Assembly (NCBI RefSeq): GCF_006345805.1
Contig: NC_043013.1
Location: 15,438,001-15,502,000, forward strand
Source of the DNA: Octopus sinensis
Taxonomy: Eukaryota
Direction of reading: 5' to 3'
DNA length: 64,000 bases
Shown here: one piece after another, positions 48,873 to 62,059 of the stretch
Layout of the letters: every line of letters begins with the position of its first letter
Position numbering within the stretch: the stretch's first letter is position 1
Made by a program: the position numbers and the translations under genes
Notes under the pieces: model-generated
Told to the model about the DNA's origin: nothing
What the model saw: only the letters and a program-made list of their open reading frames with translations
The model's database searches: none

Positions 48873-51636
48873 TTGTTGTCCTTAAATGCTCGCAGTTTAT
48901 GCAACAAAATACATTTGTTCAACGCCTACGTCAGAAGTATTGACCCTGACTTCATCACTGTCACGGAAACATGGGCGCATTCCTTACTCTGTGATGGGGT
49001 TTTCAACATTACGGGGTACAACCTCTTCCGTAAGGACCGCACTAACCGCCGTGGTGGTGGTGTGATGGTCTACGTTCGTTCAAATTTTTTGGTAATTCCT
49101 TGTGCCGATTTGAACGAATCACAAGAAGTTTTTTTCTGTGACGTACGTATGACCATGTCAACACTCCTGCTTGGCGTTGTTTATCGTCCCCCAAATTACC
49201 ATCAGGACACACAGCTTTGCAACATCCTCCGAGCTGCTGCCAGGAAAACAACCACTTATGTGTTTATTGCAGGCGATTTCAATCATCCTGAGATCGATTG
49301 GGAAACCTTCCATTGGCCACAGAGTGCAAACGATTTTGTTGAGCTTGTGCTGGACTCAAACTGGTCACAAGTAGTCACCTCTCCAACAAGAGGCGACAAC
49401 ACCTTGGACCTGCTCTTCACCACAACTCCTGAAACGGTTATCAATTGCACTACGGAGGAACCTCTAGGTGACTCTGATCATGCTATGATCATCGCCAATC
49501 TGGCTCTTGCGGGCAACAAACACCTGAACCATCTCCAATCTGCTTCCTTCGATTGGAAGAGAGCAGATTGGAACCTGTACCACACTGAACTACAGCACCC
49601 AAACTGGCGTGAATTCTACAACTCTGGATATGTGAATACTATACTCCAGAGTATCCTGGACTCAATATGGGCAGCATGTGCAGCATCAGTGCCACGTAAA
49701 CAAAAAAAGAAGAACCGCCCCAAAGGGCAATTTGGGAAACTTCAGCGGTCCGACTTGCCAGGAAGGAACGTCGGCTGCTGAACAGGAATACAAGTTGCAT
49801 AAATCAGACACCAACAGGAAGAAGCGGAATAAATCCTCCAACCATCTCAAGCAAGTGACAAAAAATGCAGTGCTTGAATTTGAACAGTGCATAGCAGCCA
49901 ATCCTGACAGCAAGGTTTTCTGGAAATATGTGCATTCAAAGCAGAGACCTCACTCTCCAGTGGGCCCTCTTCGCAACCCTCACACAAACCAGATCACTGA
50001 CGACCCCAAGGAATGCGCAGAACTCATTGCCGAGTGCTATGCAAACATATTCACTGTTGAAAGTCAAAATGTACCATCTTCACCATCACTAACAGCAAAC
50101 TCCATAACAACTATGGAATTTACACCTGCAATGCTGCGACGTCACCTTCAAAATAAGCGCAACTATGCCTCCCCTGGTCTCGATGGAGTTACATACCTGC
50201 TTCTCAAACGTGGCAGGCACTTCCTTTTACACCAGCTTTCTATTTTCTTCCAGTACTGTCTCAACAATGGTGCTACTCCGGAGCAGTGGAAAACTGCCAG
50301 TGTCATTCCTCTGTTCAAAAAGGGTGACCGCACATCACCTGTCAACTATCGCCCAGTCAGTCTCACTAGCTGTATTGCAAAACTGATGGAATCGTGTGTC
50401 AGAGAAACACTCTGGAACTTCTGGAGCTCTCACAGTCTCATCCGACCCTCACAATATGGATTTGTCCCTAACTCCAGCTGCAGTGACCAGCTTGTCGAGT
50501 TCCTTGAGGACATTACTCAGATCACTGACAGTGGCTCATGGGTGGATGTTGTCTACCTACCTTGACTTTGCTAAGGCTTTCAACTCTGTGCCACACAAAA
50601 GGCTTATGGTGAAACTCTCTGCAATGGGTGTGGGGGATGACCTTTTTAACTGGTTGAAATCCTTCATCCTCAGCCGAAAGGAGGTAGTCACAGTTCTAGG
50701 ACAGCACTCTACACCATATGAGATGTCATCGGGTGTACCACAGGGATCTGTCCTTGGTCCCCTCCTGTTTGTGGCATACATAATGACATAGATGCCAATT
50801 TAAAGAATGTCACAGTATTGAAATATGCAGACGACATCAAGCTGTACCTTGAAATCAAGAGGACTGATCCTGATGTCTACAACTCTTTCCTGCAATCAGA
50901 CCTAGACACAATGCAGCAATGGATCACAGACTGGCAACTGAAACTGGCTGTGGACAAGTGTACCACCATGCATTTTGGGAGAAAAAACCCTGCGTCCACA
51001 TACTCCCTCCACAACACTGATATCAAGAAATCCTCTTGCGAGCGTGACCTAGGCATCACTGTCAGCAGTGATTTGCGTTGGACAAAGCATATCTCTAAAA
51101 TTGTCAAGAAGGCCGAGGGTGTCTTGGCATCACTCAGCAAGACTTTTGTTAGCCGCTCTCCAGCCATCTATTTAAAACTGTATACAGCTATGGTACGACC
51201 ACACTTGGAATTCGCATCATCAGTTTGGAATCCCTATCTTGCTCAGAACATTGACCTCCTGGAATCTGTCGAGAGAGGTGCAACCAAACGCATACCCTCC
51301 ATCAGACACCTACCATATTCTGAGCGCCTTGTTTCCCTGGGCATGGATTCACTGAAGCTCCGGCGTCTGGCGACGGACTTGGTAAACACCCAAAAGGTTA
51401 TCAACCACCTCACCAACAACAACACTGAACACCTTTTTGATCTCCATGTGTCTAACACACGTGGACATGCCTACAAAGTCAGAAAACAACACAGCTCCCA
51501 TGACTTTCGAAAACATTTTTTCACGCTCAGAGTTGCTGAAGCATGGAATAAACTGCCTGCGTCAGTTGTTGACTGCCATGACACTGCATCCTTTAAGGCC
51601 CTCATGCTTTCCGAAATCCGCCGAAACTACACCTGA
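48873..51636 (+). pseudogene. LINE ORF2 (AP endonuclease plus reverse transcriptase) split by at least 3 frameshifts
   Basis: ORF track pieces 48873-49781, 49678-50565, 50396-50791 and 50818-51636 join into one CR1-type ORF2. Confidence 0.92.
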
Positions 51637-51685
51637 TTATATATACACTTTAGATGAGTTGTAGTGCACCTGAGCACTGTACACA

Positions 51686-51747
<62 letters not shown>

Positions 51748-52327
51748 GGGTACACGTGTCTGTGGAATGCTCAGCCACTTGCACGTTTAATTCCACGAGC
51801 AAGCTGTTCCGTTGATCGTATCAGCTGGGACCCTCATCGTCGTAACCGACGGAGTGCTATATAATCTATCTAGCTACGATCTTGACGACTTGATGCTGTT
51901 TGTCCACGTCTACGTTGGCGCATTAGGGAAATTCAGTCGCTACTTATCAACCAGTCTGTGACCCCCCCCCACCACTCTGTGTCTCAAACTTTTACTTTTT
52001 ACTTGTTTCGCTCATTAGACTGCGGCCATGCTGGAGCACTCCTTAAGGAATTTTAGTCGAACGAATGAACCCTAGTACTTATTTGTTTATTGTGCGATAA
52101 AGGACATCAGTCTTTTTAATCAGGCTTCTTATCAGCTCAATGTTTGGAAGGTTGTTTGTATGTTTTGTGTCTGTGTCTATCTGGTGGTGCGGTTGGAGGT
52201 GGGCCGGGGATGGGGGAGTGAAATGACGTAAAACGCTGTAAAGTTTGTGACGTCAATGTAGTTGTAGTTATTCTCACATTCCCCCCCTCTCTTTCTACTT
52301 TTGTTTAAGATACTTTTAAGTGTACCA

Positions 52328-52643
52328 TCTATATATATAAACGGCAGTTTGTCTGTGTGTCTGTCAGGTTGTACCCTCACCCTGACCACGGCTTTCAACC
52401 GATTCTGATGAAACTTGACACATACATAGCCCAATGTCATAATTCAAAACTAACGCAGCGAAAATTTTGAAAATTTCCCCCAGTTCTGAAAAAAATCGAT
52501 AAATTCGACATGGGGTCGAGAATCTAAGCTTTTTATATGCATTTTTAATGCATTTTTTTGCTATTTTTTGGCTATAACTCTCTAAAAATGCTTATATAGT
52601 TATTTCCCATACAAACCCGAGCAACGCCGGGCGATACTGCTAG
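52328..52643 (+). mobile_element. Non-autonomous Helitron
   Basis: A|TC start, hairpin CCCGAGCAACGCCGGG, CTAG|T end; last ~100 nt almost identical to the 1944 copy. Confidence 0.85.
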
Positions 52644-53156
52644 TAGAAAATATAAGAACGATAAATTAAAAGTGCGATACGCAAAGGTCTTCTGCGTTTC
52701 TGTATGCATGAATATATATATTTTTTTACTTATTTTCAAAATAACCTTGGAATCCTTATGGGTACGCGTGAACTTTCCTGTCGTAGACAATGGATGAAGG
52801 TTCCAAAGCTTCTTGCCAAACAACCTGCACAGATGATTTATCTCACCCCCGTCAACAAAACAACATCACATGTGCAGGCGCACGGAAATCAAAGTGATTG
52901 CAGATCAACGAGAAATAGAGTGTTTTACACAAAAGGAGTGGCAGTGCGGTAAGTAGCTTGCTTACGAACCAAATGGTTCCTGGTTCAGTCCCACTGCGTG
53001 GCACCTTGGACAAGCGTCTTCTACTATAGCCTCGGGCCGACCAAAGCCTTGTGAGTGGATTTGGTAGACGGAAACTGAATAAAGCCCATCGTATGTATGT
53101 ATGTATGTATGTATGTATGTATGTATGTATGTATGTATATACATACATACATTCAT

Positions 53157-53196
<40 letters not shown>

Positions 53197-53399
53197 GTGT
53201 GTGTGTGTGTGTACGTGTGTGTATATGTTTGTGTCTCTGTGTTTGTCCCCCCAACATCGCTTGACAACCGATGCTGGTGTGTATACGTCCCAGTAACTTA
53301 GCGGTTCGGCAAAAGAGACCGATAGAATAAGTACTAGGCTTACAAAGAATAAGTCGTTGGGTCGATTTGCTCGACTAAAGTCGGTGCTCCAATATTCGA

Positions 53400-54375
53400 T
53401 TACGTCGACTCCAATATTCAACTAGTTCTTATTTTACCAACCCCTAAAGGATGAAAGGAAAAGTCAATCTCGGCGGTATTTAAACGAGAAGACGGACCAA
53501 ATGCTGCTAGGCATTTTGTCCGGTGTGCTAACGATTCTGTCAGCTTGCCGCCTTAAATAATAACCCTTTCTACGAAAGGCATAAGACCTGAAATTTGTGA
53601 GGAGAGAACTAGTCGATTACATCGACCCCAGGGTTTCACTGGTAACTGTTTTAACTAACTCGAAAGGATGAAAGGCAAAGTCGACTTTGGTGGAATTTGA
53701 ACTCAAAACGTAAAGATAGACGAAATGCCGCTAAGCATTTTGCCTGGCGTGCTAACGATTGTTATTTCTTTATTGCGCACAAGGGGCTAAACATAGAGGG
53801 GACAAACAAGGACATACAAAGGGATTAAGTCGATTACATGGATCCAAGTGCGTAACTGGTACTTAATTTATCGACCACGAAAGGATGAAAGGCAAAGTCG
53901 ACCTCGGTGGAATTTGAACCCAAAACGTAAAGATAGACGAAATACCTATTTCTTTACTACCCACAAGGGGCTGAACACAGAGGGGATAAACAAGGACAGA
54001 CAAACGGATTAAGTCGATTATTTCGACCCCAGTGCGTAACTGGTACTTATTTAATCGACCCCGAAAGGATGAAAGGCAAAGTCGACCTCAGCGGAATTTG
54101 AACTCACAGCGTAACGGCAGACGAAAAACCGCTAAGCATTTTGCCTGGCGTGGTAACGATTCTGCTAGTAATAATCCTTTCTACTATAGGGACAAAGCCT
54201 GTAATTTGGGGAAGGGGTTTGTCGATTATATCGACTCCAGTACTTAATTTATCGACCCCCAAATGATGAAAGGAAAAGTTGGTCTCGGCGGCATTTGAAC
54301 TCAGAACGCAATGACAGGCGAAATGGTGCTATGCATTTCGTTCGGCGTGCTAAAGGTTCTGCTAGCTTGCCGCAT
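53400..54375 (-). mobile_element. Head-to-tail cluster of about five SINE family A copies
   Basis: Repeated GGATGAAAGGCAAAGTCGAC core at about 53450, 53670, 53885, 54070 and 54265. Confidence 0.75.
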
Positions 54376-54556
54376 TTGCCACCTTAGAGATAATAAACAT
54401 ATTACCTCAGTCTTTACCTAATGGCGACTATATGTGTGAACCGTACGTGATTTTATACTGAAAAGAAAGTGGGTAAGACACAAGGTCCCAAAGCCCGCTT
54501 CAATCATGTGCACGTCTCTGACCGAGGCCTATAACTTTCAAAACCCAGTCACTTAG

Positions 54557-54599
<43 letters not shown>

Positions 54600-54915
54600 C
54601 AATCAATATAAGGGTAACAAAAAATTCAAGAAAAATTTTCTGCAACCAGCGGTCAAGTGAGAAAATAGAGATAGTCACAGACTATATAATATATTCAACA
54701 ATAATTAAGGAATGACCCTGAGAAGGTCGTTCGACTCACTTGAAAAGAGCAGCTAAACTCAAAACCGCAAAAATAGTAGTAATTCTGAAACTAGAGGGAT
54801 AAATGTTTTATTTCTCCTCTAGTTTCAGAATTACTACTATTTTTGCGGTTTTGAGTTTAGCTGCTCTTTTCAAGTGAGTCGAACGACCTTCTCAGGGTCA
54901 TTCCTTAATTATTTG

Positions 54916-55008
<93 letters not shown>

Positions 55009-55009
55009 T

Positions 55010-55089
<80 letters not shown>

Positions 55090-55244
55090 GCATCCATATA
55101 TATATATACATATACATATACATATACATACATACATACATATATATACATATATATTATATATACGTTTATACATTTATTGGCTAAACTGGCAAAATTA
55201 CCATTCCGAATATAACAATATTTATATATATTATATATATATAT

Positions 55245-55289
<45 letters not shown>

Positions 55290-56040
55290 ATATGTATGTG
55301 TGTTTGTGTGTGTATATACACATACATACACACATATACTTCTATGTACGTACGTACGTACATATGTATGTACGTTTTAGTGAGGGAGAAAAGAAAAAAA
55401 AATAAAGGTCACATTAAAAAAAAGTACCGTGTATCGTTTAAATGCCATAAATATTTGCGCCAAGTAATTAAATAATATTTTGATTTGTTTGTTCATCGAC
55501 ATCGACATTACATTGAATGACAACACAGTTTATATAATAACATTACAGTTTTGTGAAAAGATAAAGCACGTTTTTATTCAATATCTTTACACACACAATG
55601 GTTCTCTTAAGACGTTTGCTTGTGTGGATATGTGTGTGTGTATGCGCGCGTACGCTCACGTAAGCGTATTTGTGTGTATATGCATGTTTTTCTATTTGCG
55701 TGTGTATATGTGTGAGTCCATCCTGTCTTCTTTTCCTCATACACACATACACATGCACATACCGGATGCAGCATATGTAGTTACACGTTATGGCAACAAT
55801 AATTTACCCATTATTCAAGCATAAATTGAAAGACTCTTATCGCAAAAACAGTCGCAAATATATAAAGCTTCCTAACACCCTTCCTTTTTTGTTTATCCTT
55901 ATTTAAACATGATAACTCAAACAGAACGTGAACAAATTGTAGCATTGAAAATGACTGGTTTAAAGAATTGAGGACTTTGGCGAAAGCAAAGGGCGGCCAT
56001 TTTGAATTGTAAATGTATGTAAAATATTGTAAATAAATTC

Positions 56041-57696
56041 CTGGGTGTTCGGGCTAAATTTGACGAAATTTTATGTCTCTTTTTTTAAAGAACAGCTTGA
56101 CGTATTGGCGAACAGATAACATCAATGGAGAGCATAAAGATTAGAGATGTAGTTGAGAAAAAGTTAGCTGACGTGGAGAACTGGAAGCCATCAGAAAACA
56201 GGAAAAGCGTTACCTGTATAACGATTATTCGACTCGAATATCAAAATGCTAGCATCACGACTGCCGCTCAATGCCCTGTGATCACTGTAAAGGCTGTGAG
56301 ATGTGACATGGATAGCTGTAATGGAGACTATGAAGCCGTGGCCTGCAGGAAGGGGTACGGCAGGCGTTCTGGCTGTCTGCACATCGGAATTCAGCTGATA
56401 CCTGCATGACAAGATGATGCAAGATCCGAGCAAGGGAATCCGGGTTTTGAAGAGAGAGATGGATTTCGGCGTCACTCTCATGAAACTATCCTTAAATGGG
56501 GATCTTCGCTATCACTCGTACAAAAAGGGCAAGAGATAAATTCTGACAGCCAAGACCAAGAAGAACTGCATGACGAAGGCAAAGGAGATCCCGAACAATC
56601 TGAAGTATCTTGTTGAGCCAGGTATGATCCCGTTACTCTCAAATGAAAAGAACTTCTGCCAGGATCAGTTGCACAATACTCAGAAAAAGTAGCTTACCTG
56701 CAAACGTGTGATGAAAACCAAGTTCCCCAAACCTGTGATGGTCTTTGGGGTGCGACCCCAGTGAGGATGACGTCATGCCGCCTCACATGTTTGAGCACAA
56801 ACTTAGGCTCAATTCAGACGGCTATATAAAACTACTTGAGTCTGTGGTCAATCTCTGGCTGGAGAAGGTTGCTGCTGGAAGGTCATATGTGGCAGTAGCA
56901 TTCGGCTCCTTGCCATATCTCTGGAAAGAGTCAGAAGTAGTTGTTGGAGAATTTCCATGACTTCACCAGTCACAATTTCTGGCCTCGTAATTACCCCGAT
57001 TTAGAAGGTGCATGGCTCAGTGGTTAGAATGCCGGGTTCACAATCATGCGGTAGTGAGTCTGATTCCCGGACCGGGCTGTGTATTGTGTTCTTGAGCAAG
57101 ACACTTTATTTCACGTTGCTCCAGTTCACTCAGTTGTAGAAATGCGTTGCGACGTCACAGGTGCCAAGCTGTATCGGCCCCTTTGCCTTTCCTTGGGATA
57201 ACATCGATGGCTTTCCCTTAGATAACATGGGCGACTGCTGGTCTTCCATAAACAACCTTAGAGGGACTTGTACCCCGAAGGGGAACTTTCTAGGTGCAAT
57301 CCCATGGTCATTCATGACCGAAGGGGGTCTTTACTCTTTTACTTTTACCCAATTCCTCCGATTGTAAACCAATGGGTCACTATGTACTATGTATGAGACG
57401 CTGTTGAGAAAGGTACAAATCATTCTGCCTGTAATACGAAGGCCAAGCTGGCGACCAAAATCAAGGAAGTGTTCGAAAATCTCATGGACACAGTGAGGAA
57501 CACATGCACCAGGTTCCGGAATCGTATTGAGGTCGTAGAAGAAGCTAGGGGTAGCTACTTTGAGTAAACTGTTATCTCCCAGCCATAATCTAGTTGATTC
57601 TTTTTTTTTTGATTTAAAAAAAAAATACCTTTTATCTTTGGATGGTGTATCGTGTTTTCCTTTTATGCCAACTGTCAAATTTAAACCGAACACCTT
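56041..57696 (+). mobile_element. Related DD37D-like transposon relic interrupted by a SINE-like insert (about 57010-57340)
   Basis: TIRs GGTGTTCGG..TAAATTTGAC at both ends; remnants NEKNFCQDQ and PPHMFEHKLRLNSDGY..VAAGRSYV. Confidence 0.75.
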
Positions 57697-58717
57697 ATAT
57701 GTCCCTATATATCACCATATCAAACCTTCTATAGTGTCTTTATGTTTTTTTCCTGTTTTTTTTTTTACACAGCCCCTTTTTCAAAAGAGTCTTTGGTGGA
57801 ATTCCGTTTCACGGGATTGATAAACAAAACAATAAAAACAACAACGATGACGACAATAACAATAATAACTATAATAGCAGCAACAATACTAAATACCAGA
57901 ACAAAAAGGAACAAAAAACGAATTAAACAAATAAACAATCGAAACAATGCAACAATCAAACAAAATACGAACATAAATTGTTTGGTTTATAATGTCAGCA
58001 TGTTCGTGTCAACTATAAATTAAAGGTTTAATGTGACATACAGACAGACAAACAATAACCTTTACATCGAACAATATTCACGACTATCCCAAAAGAATTT
58101 TGATTGTGTTGATTTTTGTTGTTTTTTTGTATTTGTTTCTTTTTTTGTTTTTTTTTGCAACTTCCAAAGTCCGCAGACGACACAATAATAATTGAAAAGA
58201 ACAACCTAAAACCTAAACGAAAACAACATAAAACATCAATTAAATAAATAAATGAATGGATAAAAAAATATATGTTGAAGCGTGAAATTCCTCTCCGAAA
58301 ATAATGGTAAATAATTTGTTATAATGAATCTATTGACACGTTTTTTTTTAGTTATAGTTGCATATGATAACAGTGTTAAATGAGATAAGTTAAATGGTGG
58401 CTGCCTCTTTTATATCGCGACTGTATGTGTAAATGGTAGGTATTTATGGGTATGTAGTATGTATGTATTTATGTATGTATGTGTGTGTATACGTGTGTAT
58501 GTGTGCGTGTGTATGTATGTGTGTATTTATGTAGTTATGTATGTGTGTATTTATGTAGTTATGTATGTGTGAATATGTAGGTGTTTACATGTGCGTGTGT
58601 GTGTGTATTATGTTATGTACTTATGTATGAATGAATATATGCCTGTGTATGTGCGTGATAGTAAGGGAGAGCCAATTTTAGGGAGTGTGTGTGTATGCTT
58701 ATGTTTATATATATACA

Positions 58718-59616
58718 CGAGGAGTAGCCAAAAGTAACCGGAAACGTTTTCTGTGGGACGAACCTGTTATAATTCGGGCTTCCGCTGCTAGAAACCACTT
58801 GATGCGACCCCCAGGTATCAGTCTGCCGACTTGCGTCGTTGGTTTAACTCGTACTGCCACGTGGTGCGTCTTTGCTTTGCAGTGTTTCTCTCCTGTTCGT
58901 TGATGTTTACGATTGCTGAAATGAAGGAACCGTGTTTTCGTGAAATTCGGTTTCCTCTTGGGGAAAACGGCGGCCGAGGCAGTTGTCATGCTTCAAACAG
59001 CTTACAAGGATGCTGCCATGAGCATAACACTAGTTTACAAGTAGTTTCCAAGCTTTTGGAATGGTCACTTGTCGCTTGAAGGCCAATCCCATACAAGACG
59101 ACTGTCGACCTCTCGAACGAATGAAAACATCATGAAAATCCATGAACTGATCTTAGAAGACCGTCACCGAAGAATTGACGAACTTGTTGATATGACTGGT
59201 GTGTCTTGGAGCTCCCGCCAACGACTTTTGAGCGAGGAATTGTGAATGAAAAGAGCTGCGGCAAAATTTGTGCCTCGCTTGCTCACGAAAGATGAAAAAC
59301 AGTCACGGCTGAATACGTGAACTGAAAGAACAGCTGGAAGTTGATCCGGACCCTTTTTTCGAAGATCATCACAGGTGACGAAAGCTGGTGCTACAGAATT
59401 TGGCAGATGTGGAAGAGGTGCAGAAAAACACGACGGAGGCGTTAAAAAGCATCACTTCACATGATCTCCAGCACTGCTTCGAATAATGGAAAATTCTCCT
59501 GGATCGATGCATTGCTTCAAATGGAGAATACATTTAAGGCGATAAAAGTGTCAACATACAAAACTAAGAGAATAAGATATATTGCAAAATTCCGGTTTCT
59601 TTTGGGTCTCCTTTCG
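58718..59616 (+). mobile_element. Internally deleted mariner (DD34D-type) transposon
   Basis: TIR-like CGAGG..AAAAGTAACCGGAA and TTCCGGTTTC..CTCCTTTCG-TA; remnants RPSTSRTNEN, AKFVPRLLT, IITGDESWCY, CIASNGEY. Confidence 0.8.
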
Positions 59617-59927
59617 TATTTATATATATATGTAAAAATACAAAATGGGACAAGAACGCAAAACATTCAAATAGACGATAACAAAAAACACGGACGGGTC
59701 ATTCGATGCCTCTAATCTTCAGTCAAGAACAGGATCATACTCGCAATTTCGGCTGATTAATCTTGAGATTGCTCCAATCTGGCTAGCCCCAAGGAAAAAC
59801 TAAGCTACGAGCATTAGATTTCTTGGAAAAAGGATCGAATGTATACGAAACAAGGATAGAAAAACGGACGATGTTACACGATTATAAATACAAAAAACAA
59901 AAAATAATATGAATATAAATACAAAAA

Positions 59928-59965
<38 letters not shown>

Positions 59966-60156
59966 TCCAGTTCTATATTTAAGAGACGAGAAATTGTGTA
60001 CATTATTTACATTTGACAGATATTTGTTCTTATCTTTGTCGTTAACACAACGTTTCGGCTGATATACTCTCCAGCCTTCTGCAGGAGGCGTCTTGCGGAA
60101 ATTTCGAACCTGGGTTCTCTTTCCTGAGGTATTTTTCATTGTTGTTATTATTATTA

Positions 60157-60227
<71 letters not shown>

Positions 60228-60243
60228 GTTATTGTTGTTGTTG

Positions 60244-61065
60244 TCTTTGCACAGCTTCTAATGCTGGAGATGTACTACGGTGTCAGCTGTTCATTACCAG
60301 TGAACTAAGGTAACACCTCTCATTTTTCGAGAACCTTCCGGAGTATTTGAGCGGTTCCAGGCAGTGCTGTTTTCTACAAGTGCTCCACCGTTATTGCAGC
60401 CCCTATTAGTTCCATGTACTTCTTACGATTCTTACTCATTGTTCCTAGGGCTCCGACAATTATTGGTACTACTACCACCTTTTTCATCGAACACAACTGC
60501 TTAACCTACCAATCTAACCTGTCACATCTATCGACTTTTCTTTCTTCCTTATCGCATACCTTGTTGTCAGCTGAGCATGCTATATCTATGATCCAGCATA
60601 ATTTGCTTTCTTTCTCAATTAAGACTATGTCCGGCTTCCTATTCTCTTTCTCATGGTCGCATTAAATCATAAAATCCCATAGGATCTTTGCATTATCATT
60701 TTCGATGATGCCTTCGGGTTTGTGGTCGTACCAATTTTTTGCTCAAGTCCAATGGACAAGTCTTGCTATATTGTCGTGGCGTCTCTTATATTCTTTCTGG
60801 GCTAGTGGCGTACATTGACTGCTAATATGCCATACTGTTTCACTATTTTGTCCACAGATTCTGCACTTATCACTTTCTGATGTGTTGTCAATTCTGTATT
60901 TTATGTAGTTTGTTCTTAGTGCTTGCTCTTGGCACGGATTAGAGCCTCCGTTTCATCTTTTTTCTCTATTTGTCTTATCTTCAACATCCGTATGAAATTG
61001 TCCATGCATTCTTTTCTTTACCCACCTACTTTCAGTTTCATTCGTTTTCAATTGCTTGTACAGTG
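60244..61065 (-). mobile_element. 3' fragment of a second RLE-type LINE family with CCHC knuckle and RLE domain
   Basis: Manual translation: EQALRTNY..KCRICGQNSETVWHISSQC..RRHD..ILWDF..KPDIVLIEKE..IIDIAC..PIIVGALG, with stops. 3' end runs into (TAA)n at 60140-60240. Confidence 0.85.
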
Positions 61066-61320
61066 CTTTATCTTTGAAATCTTTCATCCCACACAGGCCT
61101 GACCATCTTCTTCTTCTTCTTCTTCTTCTTCTTCTTCTTCTTCTTCTTCTTCTTCTTCTTCTTCTTCTTCTTCTTCTTCTTCTTCTTCTTCTTCTTCTTC
61201 TTCTTCTTCTTCTTCAGGTCACTGCTTGGAATCGAACCGTGGTGCACGGGCATATGGCGTAGTCGTTAAGAGCGCAGGCTACAAGCCCCAAGATTCGGAG
61301 TTCGATTCCAAACAGTGACC

Positions 61321-61376
<56 letters not shown>

Positions 61377-62059
61377 TCGAAAAATACCTTAGGAATGAGA
61401 ACCCAGGTTCGAAATTTCCCCAAGACACCTGATGAAAGCTGGCGGGTATATCAGCATCGGTTGTCAAGCGACGGTGGTGGGGGACAGACACACACTCAAA
61501 CACACACACACATACACCTGCGCGCGCGCACACACACACATACACACACACGCTTGCACGTATATATACGACGGGCTTCTTTTAGTTTCCGTCTACCAAA
61601 TCTACTCGCAAGGCTTTGGTCAGCCTGAGGCTATAGCAGAATGAACTGATGAGCATATTAGTCTGCTGAAATGAACTGATAGGCTCTCATATAACATCTC
61701 AAGATATATATTTTTTTACCCTGATGAAATTATGCCCATGTCACATAAATGCAAATTTAATGTATGAATTTTTAATTAAATCAATTGAAGCGGCTGTAAG
61801 AAGTTAAGATCACCAAGAAGTAAAGACCTACCTTTAGGTCACTTTAAAAATAAAAACCCTCCATTCAACAACACTGTGTATAAACTCTATACTTGGAATG
61901 ACTAATTTTAAATACTATCGGAACCTACTCACAAGGTATTAGAATACCTAGTTTGTTCTTAGTGCTTGCTCTTGGTACGGATTAGAGCCTCCGTTTCCGG
62001 TTTTAAATCACTTTTAGTCATCTTTTTCTCTGTTTGTCAACTGAATCTATCGTGAAGAT

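Larger units (their letters stand above)
47590..51745 (+). mobile_element. Near-full-length CR1-clade non-LTR retrotransposon (LINE), frameshifted
   Basis: ORF1 with Cys-rich PHD-like finger and RRM-like C-terminus; ORF2 with APE (NARS, VTETW, GGGV, YRPP, GDFN, SDH) and RT (DFAKAF, GVPQGSVLGP, KYADD); (ATT)n 3' tail at about 51690-51745. Confidence 0.92.

Noticed and set aside
59690-59790. Hammerhead-like words (CTGAAGA, GAAA) in the 300-bp repeat family, also at 33140 and 5960
   Set aside because: Could not build consistent stems I-III around the core in any permutation.
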